DNA from: Catajapyx aquilonaris | Lineage: Eukaryota | Assembly: GCA_000934665.2 (NCBI GenBank) | Contig: KZ538104.1 | Coordinates: 62,001-126,000, forward strand | Direction of reading: 5' to 3' | DNA: 64,000 nucleotides | Shown: piece by piece, positions 51,348 to 64,000 of the stretch | How positions within the stretch are numbered: position 1 is the first letter of the stretch | Layout: each line of letters opens with the position of its first letter | Position numbers and translations under genes: made by a program | Notes under the pieces: generated by a model | Databases searched by the model: none | The model's input: the letters and a program-made list of their open reading frames with translations, nothing else | What the model was told of the DNA's origin: nothing

Positions 51348-51796
51348 TCAGTTATAAATATTATTTGCGCTGTACATTATTTCCATCTCATCCATGATTG
51401 CCTTCAGCTTCCAAAAATATTTATTGACAATAGCCTGGTTCAACTTTTGTCCCCGTCCTGTATTCAGATGTAGTGCTCTCCTCTTTTGGATCTCTGGTTG
51501 CCTCCTGTAGAATTCCTTCAACCAATGCGTACCTGCCATTTTTTCTGTAGTGCTGAAGTTGTGGGGAATATGGTACGATTCAGCAAATGCATACACACTA
51601 CGTCGCAGAAGTTTTGCAGTGAGTGGAATTCCCAAATATTCTAGTCTGAGCAATTCACTGACAAGTCTCTTCTCTTGGTCCATGTCTAGCATGCAGTGTC
51701 GACCCAGTTTCTTGATGCACTTGCCAGAGGTGACGTGATTCCGGAGAGTTCGTCGTGGTATCCCGTACTGATTTGCTGCTTGCAACACTGGGACAC
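51348..51796 (-). CDS. pogo-derived DNA-binding protein, exon B (rest of HTH_psq plus CENP-B-type HTH)
   Basis: Acceptor cccacAG|GT (phase 1); VPVLQAANQYGIPRRTLRNHV, QEKRLVSELLRLEYLGIPLTAKLLRR, AGTHWLKEFYRRQPEI. Confidence 0.8.
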
Positions 51797-52102
51797 CTGT
51801 GGGTTACAACAGCACATTCTTATTAATATGAGAGAGAGGTTGTTGGTACCTTGACATTTAACTAATTCGTGATAATCGTGAAAAGTGATAACTACCTTAT
51901 AATCAATATTTTGGGACCATGAATATGATGAAGTGGAAAAAAATTAAGTCATTGCTTCGATTATAATCCAGCTAAATTTTCCTTTGTGCAAGCCACTTAT
52001 TGCTATGTCCAAAATTGCTCGATTTGGACTCAGCTCTGTACCCCCAGGAGGGCCACTTTGTACCCCTGGTTGGGAACTCCTGCTGTAGAGGATGGTATCA
52101 AT

Positions 52103-52236
52103 AACTTTATTACGGAGAAGGGACTTGAAGTAGCCATCGGTTCACTAAAGGTGAAATAGTCTCCCGGAATCGACGGAATCCCCAACATCATCCTAAAAAA
52201 TGCAGGCCCAAGGCTACGAGAGCTGATGATCTCGGT
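52103..52236 (+). mobile_element. Non-LTR retrotransposon reverse-transcriptase fragment (intronic)
   Basis: Translates NFITEKGLEVAIGSLKVK*SPGIDGIPNIILKNAGPRLRELM, the K(S/A)PGxDG(I/L)P motif of LINE ORF2. Confidence 0.75.
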
Positions 52237-52417
52237 AATTACTCCTACTACAAATATTCATTCAGAAAGAGAAAAACCTCCCAAAAAACTCCGCCGTCAA
52301 AGAGTTAAATTCTCCTCATCAGGTCTATTTAATAGTGCATTATCTGATGGACTTAACAAACTTTGGCATTAAATGCATCATGGCCAACATTATTACAGGC
52401 AAAATTTCCGACAATAA

Positions 52418-52754
52418 AGGTGCGTTTACATGTGAGCGATTTGACAATAACAACGCTGAGTAATCCGAGTATTGTTTGAGGCGAAAATCGATTGTTACTT
52501 TCACCTCAAGCAATATTGGCTACATCACTTGGCGATGATTTAGCTCCGCTTCGCTTGTCAAATTGCTCACATGTAAACGGGGCTTTAAGGTGCGTTTACA
52601 TGTGAGCGATGTCATCGCCGAGCGCCGAGTCCCAAACAATTGGATTCATCACTCGGCGATCAAAAGGCTCACATTAATATGGATAAACATTATCCATCTT
52701 GGCTGGAACAACTGAAGACTTCACTCGTCAAATCGCTCACATGTAAATGCGGAT
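52418..52754. mobile_element. Two adjacent PIF/Harbinger-like MITEs (52418-52584 and 52588-52754)
   Basis: Each begins aggtgcgtttacatgtgagcgat and ends gctcacatgtaaa(c/t)g..; bounded by TAA/TTA/TTA. Confidence 0.75.
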
Positions 52755-52796
52755 TTAGACATAACAACTTCTTCAAGCTTCATAAATATTACATAC

Positions 52797-52902
52797 CTCT
52801 TTTAACAGCCTTCATAGCACACTCCATGGTACGGATGTCCCACGTAGCATATTTTGGTCTGGACGCCATGCTCAAAATAAGCTGCATATATATTTCCATC
52901 CT
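52797..52902 (-). CDS. pogo-derived DNA-binding protein, exon A (start of HTH_psq)
   Basis: Acceptor tctaatttttcttttcAG; MASRPKYATWDIRTMECAMKAVKRG; donor AG|GTATGT (phase 1) matches exon B. About 173 aa from ATG 52869. Confidence 0.75.
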
Positions 52903-53191
52903 CTGAAAAGAAAAATTAGATAAGCATAAGCAACTGGCTCATACCATAGACACTGCACCTTACACAAACATTACCAAATAAAAGTTATGGTGTATACTAC
53001 CCCAAGTCGGAGAAAAAGAATGCAGGTGAGTTAGTTTGTATGCGCAGGAATTATTTTCCAATTAGGCTCTTCTTCAGCTTCAGCGGTGCAGAAGAACAGC
53101 TTCCAGATGTAGCCTCTTGGCCTGCACTGTGGTTTTATGTAACGAAGTGGGTAATGATAAACATGATTATGTCCGAAACCTGTCCAATGTT

Positions 53192-55399
53192 TTATTTCCG
53201 TATCTCCGACACTGTCACTTCGTTGCCTAACGAGTAGCTTTGAACTAGGGCAATAAGCTGTCTCTCACACTGTAGTTTCAGATGTGTTGGGACATCTTCT
53301 CTTAAAATTCCCATCAGATAATCTCCTAACCTTGAGTAGCGGTCTGCTTGCGGAGGCTGAACCGCAAGTGCTCTAAAATAAAGGAAAATGCAAGTGTAAG
53401 GACACGAATGCAGAAATGGGTGAAAATATTACTGGTTGTAAGTTTGGTTTGGTTCACTGAAGCAAATATCACCAATACCATGAAGCATAAATTGATTTAT
53501 CACTATTAATTATGCGGATAGCATGAAGAGTATGTCTGTAGCAGATGGGGAAAATGCAGCTGTTGATATGTGGGCTAGTCTAAATACACTAATATCTAAT
53601 GTCTATTAGAGCTTTTTTGTCTGTCCTCGTCAGCTGTGAATAATGTGCATTTCTCACTTGTTCAGTTGATCAAGTTCATAGTCAATTTTTTGGACCATCT
53701 CCTCCTCTTGATCTGCAGTCCTGGTGTTCGGCCTCTTTTTTGGGCTCCGGTTTGCAGTGGGAGAAGACTTGGGAGACATAAAAGGGGCCTGGGATGAGGG
53801 ACAAGGAGTGGGTCTCAATGAATTGGACGAGCTTGGAATGACAACCAAATATGAGGTAGGTGCAGGGGTCACTGTATGTCCTGCAGTGGGAGGAATTTCT
53901 TCATTCTTCTCTTCTTGTTCTTCTTCACCGTCCCCCGTAGTCAACTCAACCACAGGTTCTATTGAGAGCTCCTGAGATTCAACTTGAGGCTCCCCCAAGT
54001 CCAGCGGCTCAGCAAAGATGCCTTCCTTCTGGCAGGATAACACTGACTGCTCTCGGTTCTTCATTCTAGGCTGCAAACTGCCCATCGTCCTGAAAATGAC
54101 GATGCCATTAAAAACCACAGAGCAAGGTGGACAGTAAGAGTGCCTCTGAAACCTGGCAACATATTAAATTTTAAAATTATGTATCAAAAAATATGGCACA
54201 TTTCTTGTGCATTGTAAAACTGCCGACAAAAACATGTCGCAACATTTGACATATACCAAAATGTCTCACAATGAAGTGTCCCACCAATTTGATACTTACT
54301 TCCTGGATCCAACCCTGTTCCGCATGAAGAGCATGTCCTGAAAGTGGGCCCACTTCACACCAACCGCACCATGCGATTTAGAAGCATTGTGGTAGGCAAC
54401 GCGAAACTGGTCCACCAAATTCTTCCAGCTCGTTTTGCATTGGTAACCTGCAATGAAATAATTCAGATGTATACAGTACTACTAATGGCACGTGTCTTAT
54501 ACCAATTCGAGCAGAAGACGCTCTAGTGGAAAATGTGCTTGTAGGAACGAGACTGATACTCACTGGTCATTCCCATTTCCTTTGCGACCTGTGACCACAG
54601 TAGGTCACCAAGTGCTTTGTCCCTGTAGTCCTGGCGGCACTTGTCCCATAGAGTGGGCCTGGCGTGTACCTCCCGAATGAGTTTTTCCTTCTTCAGTTTT
54701 TCTTGGGCGCGTAGCATTGCTCGTTCCGCCTTCGTCTTTGCCCTGTCGAGTCTGCCTGGAGTGGGAAATGAAGAGGAGAGGAGGTGGTTGGGGAAGCTGG
54801 AAAGTGGAGGGACTGGTCCAGGGGGCCGCTTGTGATTGCAAGTGGCAGTGAGGGCTTCAAATCACACTTTCAGAGCAGTTAGAAAATTAATCTTTTGCTC
54901 ACAGTGTGTCCAAACTTTGCACAAAAGAGCCCGAATTTTCTTGCTACGACCAGTCCTTCACGTGAGTGTCATGCGTCCCAAGTTTTTGCTTACAATTCGA
55001 ATCTGCCTACATTGTTGCCGACAATAAACTTCAACGTACATTTCAACTTTTCCTTCGCTACGTCCTATGAACAAAATAATTGTTGTCCAAACTTAATTTT
55101 ACAGACCATTTTACATCAGTCAGCTTACCATGAGTATTGGCCATCTTGTGTCCAAGAGTATGCGTCACCATTGACAAGGCAGATTTGGACGTCATCTGAG
55201 ACGTTAGTTTGTCAGTCCCCGTCGTAGTGGATTCAGGCGAGTCAGCTCTGGGTTCAGAAGATTCCATTTCGGCTGTCACCATATTCTCAGGAACAGCATC
55301 CATCATCGGCTCTTCCTTCACCTCCATGTTCCAAAACGCCTCAGACTCCATCATCTCCTCCTCTGTCTTCATAGCATAGCCTGCCACCTCCAATGCCAT
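53192..55399 (-). CDS. MADF-BESS (Adf1/Dip3-like) transcription factor, 5 coding exons, about 407 aa
   Basis: Exons 55399-55129, 54755-54564, 54447-54300, 54089-53658 and 53372-53192 all have GT-AG sites with compatible phases (1,1,2,2). MADF: LIREVHARPTLWDK..YRDK..LWSQVAKEMG..CKTSWKNLVDQFR..KWAHFQDMLFM. BESS-like C-terminus DRYSRLGDYLMGILREDVPTHLKLQCERQLIALV. Confidence 0.85.
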
Positions 55400-55690
55400 G
55401 GGTCTGTCAAAAATTCTAACATTAGCGCCAAGCGCATGAAACGGAACTGGGCGGCAAGACTGGTCACTCATAAATGGACATTAGTATGGGCAGTTGCTTT
55501 TACCTGCTGTGCAAATACTCTTCCTTGTTCCGTTGCCTTTGACCTGAGGAAAGGAGGAGTCGGCCAGGTACACCTCAGCGGGCATGTAGGTCAACCTCCA
55601 GCAGGCTGATAGAAGCTGTCTGCTGCAAATGCCAGGAAATGGGTCCTGCTCAGATACTAATTACTCTCTAATAATTACAAAGCTTATTAC

Positions 55691-55800
55691 CGCCATGTGA
55701 GCAGGCCTTAACAGACTCTCGTTTCGGCTGGTTGGAGATGATGAAAAAGAACAAGCTTGACAGTCGGCCATCTTTGACGATGGGCTCATTCCGACCCCTG
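55691..55800 (-). promoter_or_regulatory. Probable TSS/first exon of the minus-strand locus
   Basis: YY1-like CAAAGATGGCCGAC on the minus strand near 55762-55775; exon ends ATGGCG|GTAATA (donor at 55690). A further probable UTR exon ends CAG|GTAAAA near 55504. Confidence 0.5.
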
Positions 55801-56659
55801 CTCTCTTCAGAACCGTTTCGAGTCATCTCCACACAGGTGGCAGCACTGATCGATACCGTATTCGCAATGTTACCGTATATTCCCACCAAATATAGAACAA
55901 TTAGCAAAAGCTCAGGTGAATCACATTATTGTAAACGCACAATTCGGACAACAATATTCCGCTTCATTTTGCCTGCATGTTGCCGATTGTATGAACCACA
56001 AATTAAGCCATTGTTTCCATAAGAGCATAACCAGGCGGGGGTTATTCTTGCAGAAATCTACGGTATACCGTATTCGTAAAATGTTCTATTTCGTTCGAAC
56101 CTCATTCTATTTAATCAGTTTGTTTGGAACACAAGCTCTTATGGTTTCCATGGCACCCACATGCTACATGCGTTCCAAACATATCCGTCTCCATGGCGAT
56201 TCGAATGGGAGTCAACAACAGCAGCAGCCAAGACAGCAAAGCGTGTCCATTGGCAACCGATCGAATGTGTTCTCGAGTGTTGTCAACAACAATCGGTCAG
56301 TCTTGCTCCGGCCGAGGTAGGGTTCGGTTGTGTCTGTCCGTGTCTCTCCTTCCAGTGTATATCGCAACTGTGTTGCCAAACATATATAGGTCAGGGCTGG
56401 TCAGGGGGTATCTTCTCAAATACTGTCTGCTCTTATTGTCGGTGTATATTTCTTCTTTCCCGACCTTCATGTGGTGGGGTTTATGGCATGCGAGGCACTC
56501 TTTCGTCACAGCCTGCTTCTAAAAATGGTTTAAAATGGTCTCGTCCTTATAACATAATATCGTGTGACGTGACGTCTCAATGTGTGCTGTTTTGTGCTGG
56601 TTGTACAGTCAGTATTTCATGTAAGAAGAATATTACTTTGTGAATGTAGAATGGAAAAC

Positions 56660-56745
56660 GAGAGAACGATCTGACGTCATCGTTTCTTCCATTGTTGCTT
56701 TTGAATGTTTCCATGGAAACTGTGATGACGTCAGATCGTTCTCTC
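56660..56745. repeat. Hairpin/MITE-like insertion with a perfect 22-bp stem
   Basis: gagagaacgatctgacgtcatc / gatgacgtcagatcgttctctc; missing from the homologous segment near 62640. Confidence 0.75.
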
Positions 56746-57610
56746 ACTTTCAGTAGGTACATTATCTTGTATCACATATTCGGTGCTGGTATAAGGTGCG
56801 TGTACTATATTGTATCGCACAATTACGCGCCTGATTATATTTTATAATACCCTAGCCTTCCTTGGGTGCTTTGTATCATCCGCATTAAAAAATTAATGGT
56901 AATGATATTATGGACGGGGGTTTCCTGAAGCTTCTCTGTTATGACGTATTTCTCCACTATTTCAATGTAAGTCTTATGATTGAGCATTAATATTGAGTGA
57001 TGCTTTTGTACTGTGTGTGCAAATATCATTGGATGCAATGAAAAGATGGATTGGATTGGTTGCTGATTTTTGTCTCCAACATTTCTGTTGCTCGGGGAGG
57101 GCACTGGTGAAAGAAAGCTGTTCACTTGCTCATTGTCAAGATCGAAGAATATTACCCGCAAGGAGGTTTCCTCTCATTTTTCTGTAATATTAGAGTAACT
57201 AAAATCTCGTGTCATCTGAAACTTTGTTCGCAGATTCATCTGGATCAATGCAAATTTACACACAGATTACTGTTACACGGAATCCTATTCTGCTTGGCGG
57301 ATTCACCGATTTGTTTACATTATTGTTGACCTATAAGGTAATGGAAATCATTACAATAGAGTATAATATCTTGACCATATTGATCTCTGTGTGCAATGAT
57401 GCGTATCGCGCACTGGCTGTGTGATTATTCCGGTCAATGTTACGGTTTCGTAATGCAAACGTATATCAAGCATCACTCACATCTCTCTTCACAGAGTCAG
57501 TCGAAATGCACCCTCGGCCCACGGTTTTAACGCTGGAGTGTGTCTCATCCATAAAGTTTCGATACACAAGGACTCCTAGATCATATCTATAGTGTAACAT
57601 AACTATACTG

Positions 57611-57671
57611 AACCCGTCTTACAATATCAATTTCGGCCAGCCAGGCCGAAATTGATATTGTAAGACGGGTT
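57611..57671. repeat. Perfect 28-bp-stem palindrome
   Basis: aacccgtcttacaatatcaatttcggcc-agcca-ggccgaaattgatattgtaagacgggtt. Confidence 0.9.
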
Positions 57672-58689
57672 TCACATTAATAGTCTATAGCGTCTTGTAC
57701 AGTTCAGTGTCACGCAAGATTTTTGGAGCATATATTTTATAAGGGAATTTTTCCTCAATCGTTTCACTCTGATCTCCCTTGACAGAGGAGGAGCATTAAT
57801 TTTTAGGGAGCTTCTTTAGTTATTAACATACATATATGCACATGAGGCCTTTCAGGTCTGCACGTGTCCATCTGGTTGTTATAACATAACAATAATAGAG
57901 TAATAATGAAATGACATAATAGTAGAATACATGAGTAGAATACACCGTGAAGGGTTTACTGGAGGCCTTTTAGGTCAATGTCTTTCAATTACTGACGATG
58001 TGGGGACTTGGAATAGCTGCAGGAATGCAATACCGGAATATTTCCAGTGCATGGTGCTACCCGTAATGTTGTAGCAATACCAAAAGCATGGGGTTTATGT
58101 CTCACTCTTGGGCCAGGTGGGTGGTGGTCGTTGAAATCGGCATTTGAAACCGCTGCGCTGGTTGGCTAGGCCACCATGACAAACCTCTACTTACTGTATG
58201 TACAGTACCACCATATACGGCCCAAGCTTCTGGTTGTTGCGCCTCGACATGCTCAACAATGAGACTTCTGAAGGCCAGTGTAAAGAAATAATTACTCTCG
58301 TCATTATACCTTCTTCCTCTGCCTTCCCGACACAAATAGTATAGCCTACAAGAAAAATGATTTTTTTAAAAATTACGCAGTGTTGAAAACAAAATTTCCC
58401 ACCAGGCATCTGTATGTACATTTCTCAAGTTCTTCAGGGCAAACAGTTGGAACGAGGTGGGGGTGTGAGGTAGGGGTGAGGGGTCATGGGGTCAAATATT
58501 CTGGGGAAAAACATGATGGCTGTGCAGTCTTTTCCTGGACCAACTCCATCCCCATTCCTCTTTTTACACATCCAATCAGAATTGACTACGCTATAACCAA
58601 AGCAGGCAATCTATCACAGATAGTGACAAACTTTGGCTTATTGTAACTTGGCCTTATTTTAAGGTGTATCGAGTTCCAGTGTACGGAAC

Positions 58690-58779
58690 GCAAATTTTAC
58701 AAACAAACAAACTTCCAAAAATATACCCGTACCTTTAACAGCATCCCAACATACCCGGGCAACGCCGGGTAACCTGCTA

Positions 58780-58781
<2 letters not shown>
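58690..58781 (+). mobile_element. Helitron-like 3' terminus
   Basis: Hairpin acccgggcaacgccgggt followed a few nt later by CTAG|T, preceded by (acaa)n; the 5' end is not defined. Confidence 0.6.
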
Positions 58782-58826
<45 letters not shown>

Positions 58827-59329
58827 CAGTATAGTCTTTGCCTGTCGCTGTTAAAAAGGGCAAGTAAGTTCAAGGGATCAGAATTCGTCTACATCACGCA
58901 TATGCTTTTTGGATATGGAATGTTGAAATCTGAGTCCTGAGTCTCCTGACACTGCCTTTTGAAGTTTTGATACCAAATCGGCGGGGTTTCAGTTGTGCGT
59001 GGTTCCTGTCGATGGTTCATATTTCGATTAATTTGTGCATGCACAAGTTCCTATTGCCGTAGTACAATTATTGAATAATTAAATAGGCTAACTACTGTAT
59101 ATTGCTTCGGCATGGGATGATGTGTAACATTTGGTCGTCCAGGTGTAACTAAGTCTGTAGTTCCTCTCCATGTACAGTGTTGCATCGTCCAGAAACCACT
59201 TTTCTAGGTCCCATAAAGGTTGTTTCAGTACAAAATTGTCATGATTACTGGATGCGTACAGTACGCAGTAGGTTAATGAAAGTAATTTATTGTGTCTAAT
59301 TTAGTCACGTTCATCAATCAGCATTACTG

Positions 59330-60243
<914 letters not shown>

Positions 60244-61099
60244 GTTTGTTTGGAACAAGCTGGGGTCGCCATGGCACCAGATTGTCTCCCCTGGCAACCG
60301 TCGTTCCAAACGACCGTCTTGTTCTCGTTTACATGCCTTACAACCATGTGGTTTACAATGTAAAGCGTCAATAAGTGTTCAACAAGCCGAGTCCGAGTCT
60401 GCGGTCGATTGCATTGCATCTATCAGTGTTGCAAAGCTTATCACAACTGTGGTTAGTGAAGCCTACTCAAAGGTTATCTTCTTCCAAATACGTCTGCTTT
60501 CCTGATGCTTTTCGGATGCTTTCCTTGTGCTCTGGGTACCTGCTTCCTCCGCTCATGGTGCAGTCAACTATATGTCATCGGGTTGTTGAAGTCAGTATAG
60601 GTCGGTGTCTGTTTTTTGGGAAACGATATATATGAACCCTCATTGTCATCTGCCAACCATACGAGTAACTGATAAATGGCATGAGGCACTCATTGTCACA
60701 GCCGGCTTCTGAAAATGGTTTTAAATGGTCTTGTCCTTACTCATAAGCTCTAATGTATACGTAATGGTGCGTCAATGTAATCTGTTCCTTGTGATCCATC
60801 AAACGACGGTGTGTTGGAAACAGAGTGGCCGGGGGCAATGGAAATACTTCAACCACTTCAACTACTTGTTGCTATACGTCATTACAATGTAGTGCCACTT
60901 GTTTGTTCTCTGTCGGTCTATAGTCTCCAAACAGGTTCCACAGCATTGACAGCATTGCACCGCACTTCTTGGAGTTGTCCGCAATATTATGGTGCCTCGT
61001 ATCTGCGTCCTTCTTCTCTCGTCACTGCATCGCGTATGGTTTTTAGAACCTCGGCAGATTTCTTTTTTGCCAAACCTCTTCACCTATATCATTGTTTTC

Positions 61100-61100
<1 letters not shown>

Positions 61101-61173
<73 letters not shown>
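61101..61173. repeat. (TAA)n microsatellite
   Basis: Pure run; a similar run lies at 58781-58825. Confidence 0.97.
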
Positions 61174-63658
61174 GCTATCAAGTGACAGTCGCATGCAAAT
61201 GGGTCCTACCGCAGAGCCAATATGACCGATACTATTTGATGATTTATGTGACTGAGATGCTGACGAACAGTCCTGGTTGGAGGACTGTGGCTGGGGCATA
61301 AATTATAACTTCGACGTAAGAGTGTCTTCCTCACAATGCCAGACAATGTTATAGTAAACTAGACGATAAATGGAGAGGCTGAAGTATACTTTATCTTGAC
61401 AGGCAGGGTGTGAGTTCTGTGTGGTGGTTTTTCTGTGTGGTGGTTTATGAGTGGTTAAGTTCACATGCCACAATGTGCACGGCTTCCAGTGCAATCCTGT
61501 TGGGTTCTTCATCATGTCGTGGACTCATTGCAATAACCCATAACATGAACCAGAATGTGTATATTCCAACAGGTGCGAGGAAGTTGCATTGCAGCACCGG
61601 AGCAGGAGTTCAGGTTCGATAGACGTTCTTGATATAATTTTGGTGTTATCCCAGGCGGTTGACTCAGGTTTGGTCTCATAGAGCTCTGCTACAATAGTCG
61701 TAGAATTGCTTCTTTTGACTTCAAATGAAGCTGCGTCGGTCTGACGGTCTTACAATATCTTATACAGGTGTAATGTAGAACTTGATCAATTCCGTCACAT
61801 CTTTATGGGGCAGCATCTTTCAATTCCAGTTCGTGGATTTCACAGCGTGGATCACTTAACGTTTCCAGTGTCCAATGGTCGCGTGTGAGTCATGCCTTCG
61901 TCAGTGGCTATAAATTGTGTCAAGGCTATATCAGAGATTCAAGGATAATAATACTACTACAATGAGAGAGAGAGAGAGAGTGGTAGAGGCCGGTTGACCG
62001 CCTAATATATTGTGAGACGTGCAGTGTAATCATTTTGGGTAGCACTAGAAGATGTTCGGAAGTGTTATTGCAATTATCTGGGAGACCATTCATATCAATG
62101 TGTATGTAGGAGGCCTCAAATGTATGAATCAAGCAACCACTTTGCTTTCTCCGGCACACCAGCATGTGCAGAATTTGGTCCGAGTGTGTGCTGATCTTGA
62201 CGATCTTACAATAGCAGCATTAGCATTGATCCTTCCTAGCCAGCATGGGCATTTTAGGAGTTTGGAGCAGAAATGGTCACTTTTTTACAAAACAGTACGT
62301 CAACAAAATGACGGCAGCACCCGACTTTTTCCTTCTCGGGTATAATCATAATGTAAAATATCCATTTAACAAGTGAAACACTCGACCTGTGTAGGGTAGT
62401 CCTTGGGTTATAGTCAGAGTGACACACATCCGACATATTTTTTGTAACTTCTTTGCACATGACCAAGCCACGAAAAATTGTTGGCAAGATTTATTTGCCC
62501 AGCCTCAGGCGAGGCTCGGGATTTATTATGATGCTTCACCCTAACATTTCCTAGACGTTCTATATGTTCTGTGTTTTATCCCGGTTTTGTGCTGGTTGTC
62601 CTGTCAGAATAATTTCATGCAAGAAGTTATGAATGTGTAGAAGCTATCTTACATCACATATTATGTGACTAAGGTGTTATATTGTAGCGCATAAGAATTT
62701 ATTATGCGCCTGGTTATTATTTTAATATTCGAGCCCTTGTGTTCCTTTGGCGCTTTGTATAATTCACACTCAGGGCACCTATACTGAGATGCATATAAGC
62801 GTAATGTTAAGAATAAGTATCCAGTAACCAACTTCGGTTTGCAGGGCGGTTCATTGGTATCCTCGTGGGAACCGAAGTTTGCGAGATCTCTATATAGTTG
62901 CGACAAAGTTCATTATGGGATCACTCATCTCTCGCTACCTGGATGTGTTCTCGGCACCACAAAACTGGCGAAAAGGCTGAAAAGGGTTTTACAAAAGTGG
63001 TGGAGGGTGAGAAAAGTTGACATTTTTGCAAGCCATGTTCACTAGCAATAATTTATTACCGCAGGACTCGCCAGCCTGCGAATCCACGTTTAACTCTGGC
63101 ACAATATTCAGTGTTCCTCTATTAAAATTGCTGGCGCCTAGCTGCATTATTTAATTTCTTCTGTTTATGGCTTGTGACACCATCAAATATTAGTAAGTTA
63201 TAAGTTTCTCTCTGTCACTAAGTTGTTTCTGACTTAGTGTAGCCACAGCATGCTGCTGTTGCTGCTCCACAACGAGCCTATTAACTATGTGGCTAACCAC
63301 TAGTAGTAGTTATAAGTATTATAATTTCCCAAACGTCAGGTGGGTGCCTGAGTGCCTCTCGTACGATTCTCAATAGATTAGAAGCCTGAATAAAGAGCGA
63401 GACGACATTATTTTTTCATCGCCCGTGACACACGAAAGACTATCCTTCGAGATTTGCTTTGCCCAACTCTTCACGGGTCATTGTTTTCGAACAGTGTTCT
63501 AAGCTTGGGTCCTCTCTGTGCGCATGCCAAATGTTTCATCTTAGCTCGTCTTCATTCGAGGGAGTCTACTTCTAGTGTGAATAAAGCAGTGCCTGTATAG
63601 TGCAAACCAATGATGTTGTGGTATGATTGGTACACTAAGTGCAACTACTTAACCAGTT

Positions 63659-63695
63659 AATAATAATAATAACAATAACAATAATAATAATAATA

Positions 63696-63775
<80 letters not shown>

Positions 63776-63776
63776 A
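63659..63776. repeat. (TAA)n(TGA)n compound microsatellite
   Basis: Pure runs. Confidence 0.97.
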
Positions 63777-64000
63777 AGGGGCCTCAAAGCATTCCCAGGC
63801 CTAGAAGTGCGGTTGAGATGAGGTGATGTTCGTGATAATTTTGGAGCTTTGGCGTTATTCCGCGTGAAATTAGCACTTGGTCTCTGTAAATATGTACGTG
63901 CCACAGTGTGTCATATAGACCCGTATTTATCTCCTGCTCAAAGGCTTTTTCCAAGCCTTCATGCGGGATTCTATAATATTTGCTGCAAGTATACCAACTT

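Noticed and set aside
52797..55129. In-frame fusion of the MADF leader exon to the psq exon
   Set aside because: Phase 1 donor versus phase 0 acceptor gives a stop within the exon.
61300..62350. Possible degraded retroelement on the minus strand (HAGVP, RNase H-like)
   Set aside because: Only a fragmentary motif; needs a translated HMM search.
63400..63570. Possible Penelope-type hammerhead ribozyme on the minus strand (TGAAGA..GAAAC)
   Set aside because: The core lacks the conserved C and I could not build the stems.

Overview
Eukaryotic (arthropod-like) genomic DNA in three parts. (1) 1-28.6 kb: a two-exon Toll-like receptor gene on the minus strand (long-Toll/Tollo type, about 1291 aa, one 11.3-kb intron) within long non-coding flanks. 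(2) 28.8-49.3 kb: a tandem array of seven plus-strand C2H2 zinc-finger paralogues (5 intact, 1 truncated, 1 pseudogene). Most carry a conserved promoter cassette, a non-coding first exon and an acidic leader, and most follow a (TTA)n tract. Behind copy 1 lies an intact but catalytically dead PGBD2/3-like piggyBac transposase with no start codon at its natural N-terminus. An internal donor in copy 1 splices in frame onto it (exon trap), and decayed piggyBac remnants follow other copies. (3) 49.5-64 kb: a 92-bp satellite, then a convergent minus-strand locus encoding a MADF-BESS protein with a similar acidic leader plus a pogo-derived psq/CENP-B DNA-binding protein whose DDE domain is frameshifted, then a TE- and microsatellite-rich stretch. 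The most interesting reading, which is inference, is a cluster where one acidic, SUMO-motif-rich leader is coupled to several DNA-binding modules, some transposon-derived. All splice models were checked by hand for frame and have no transcript support.
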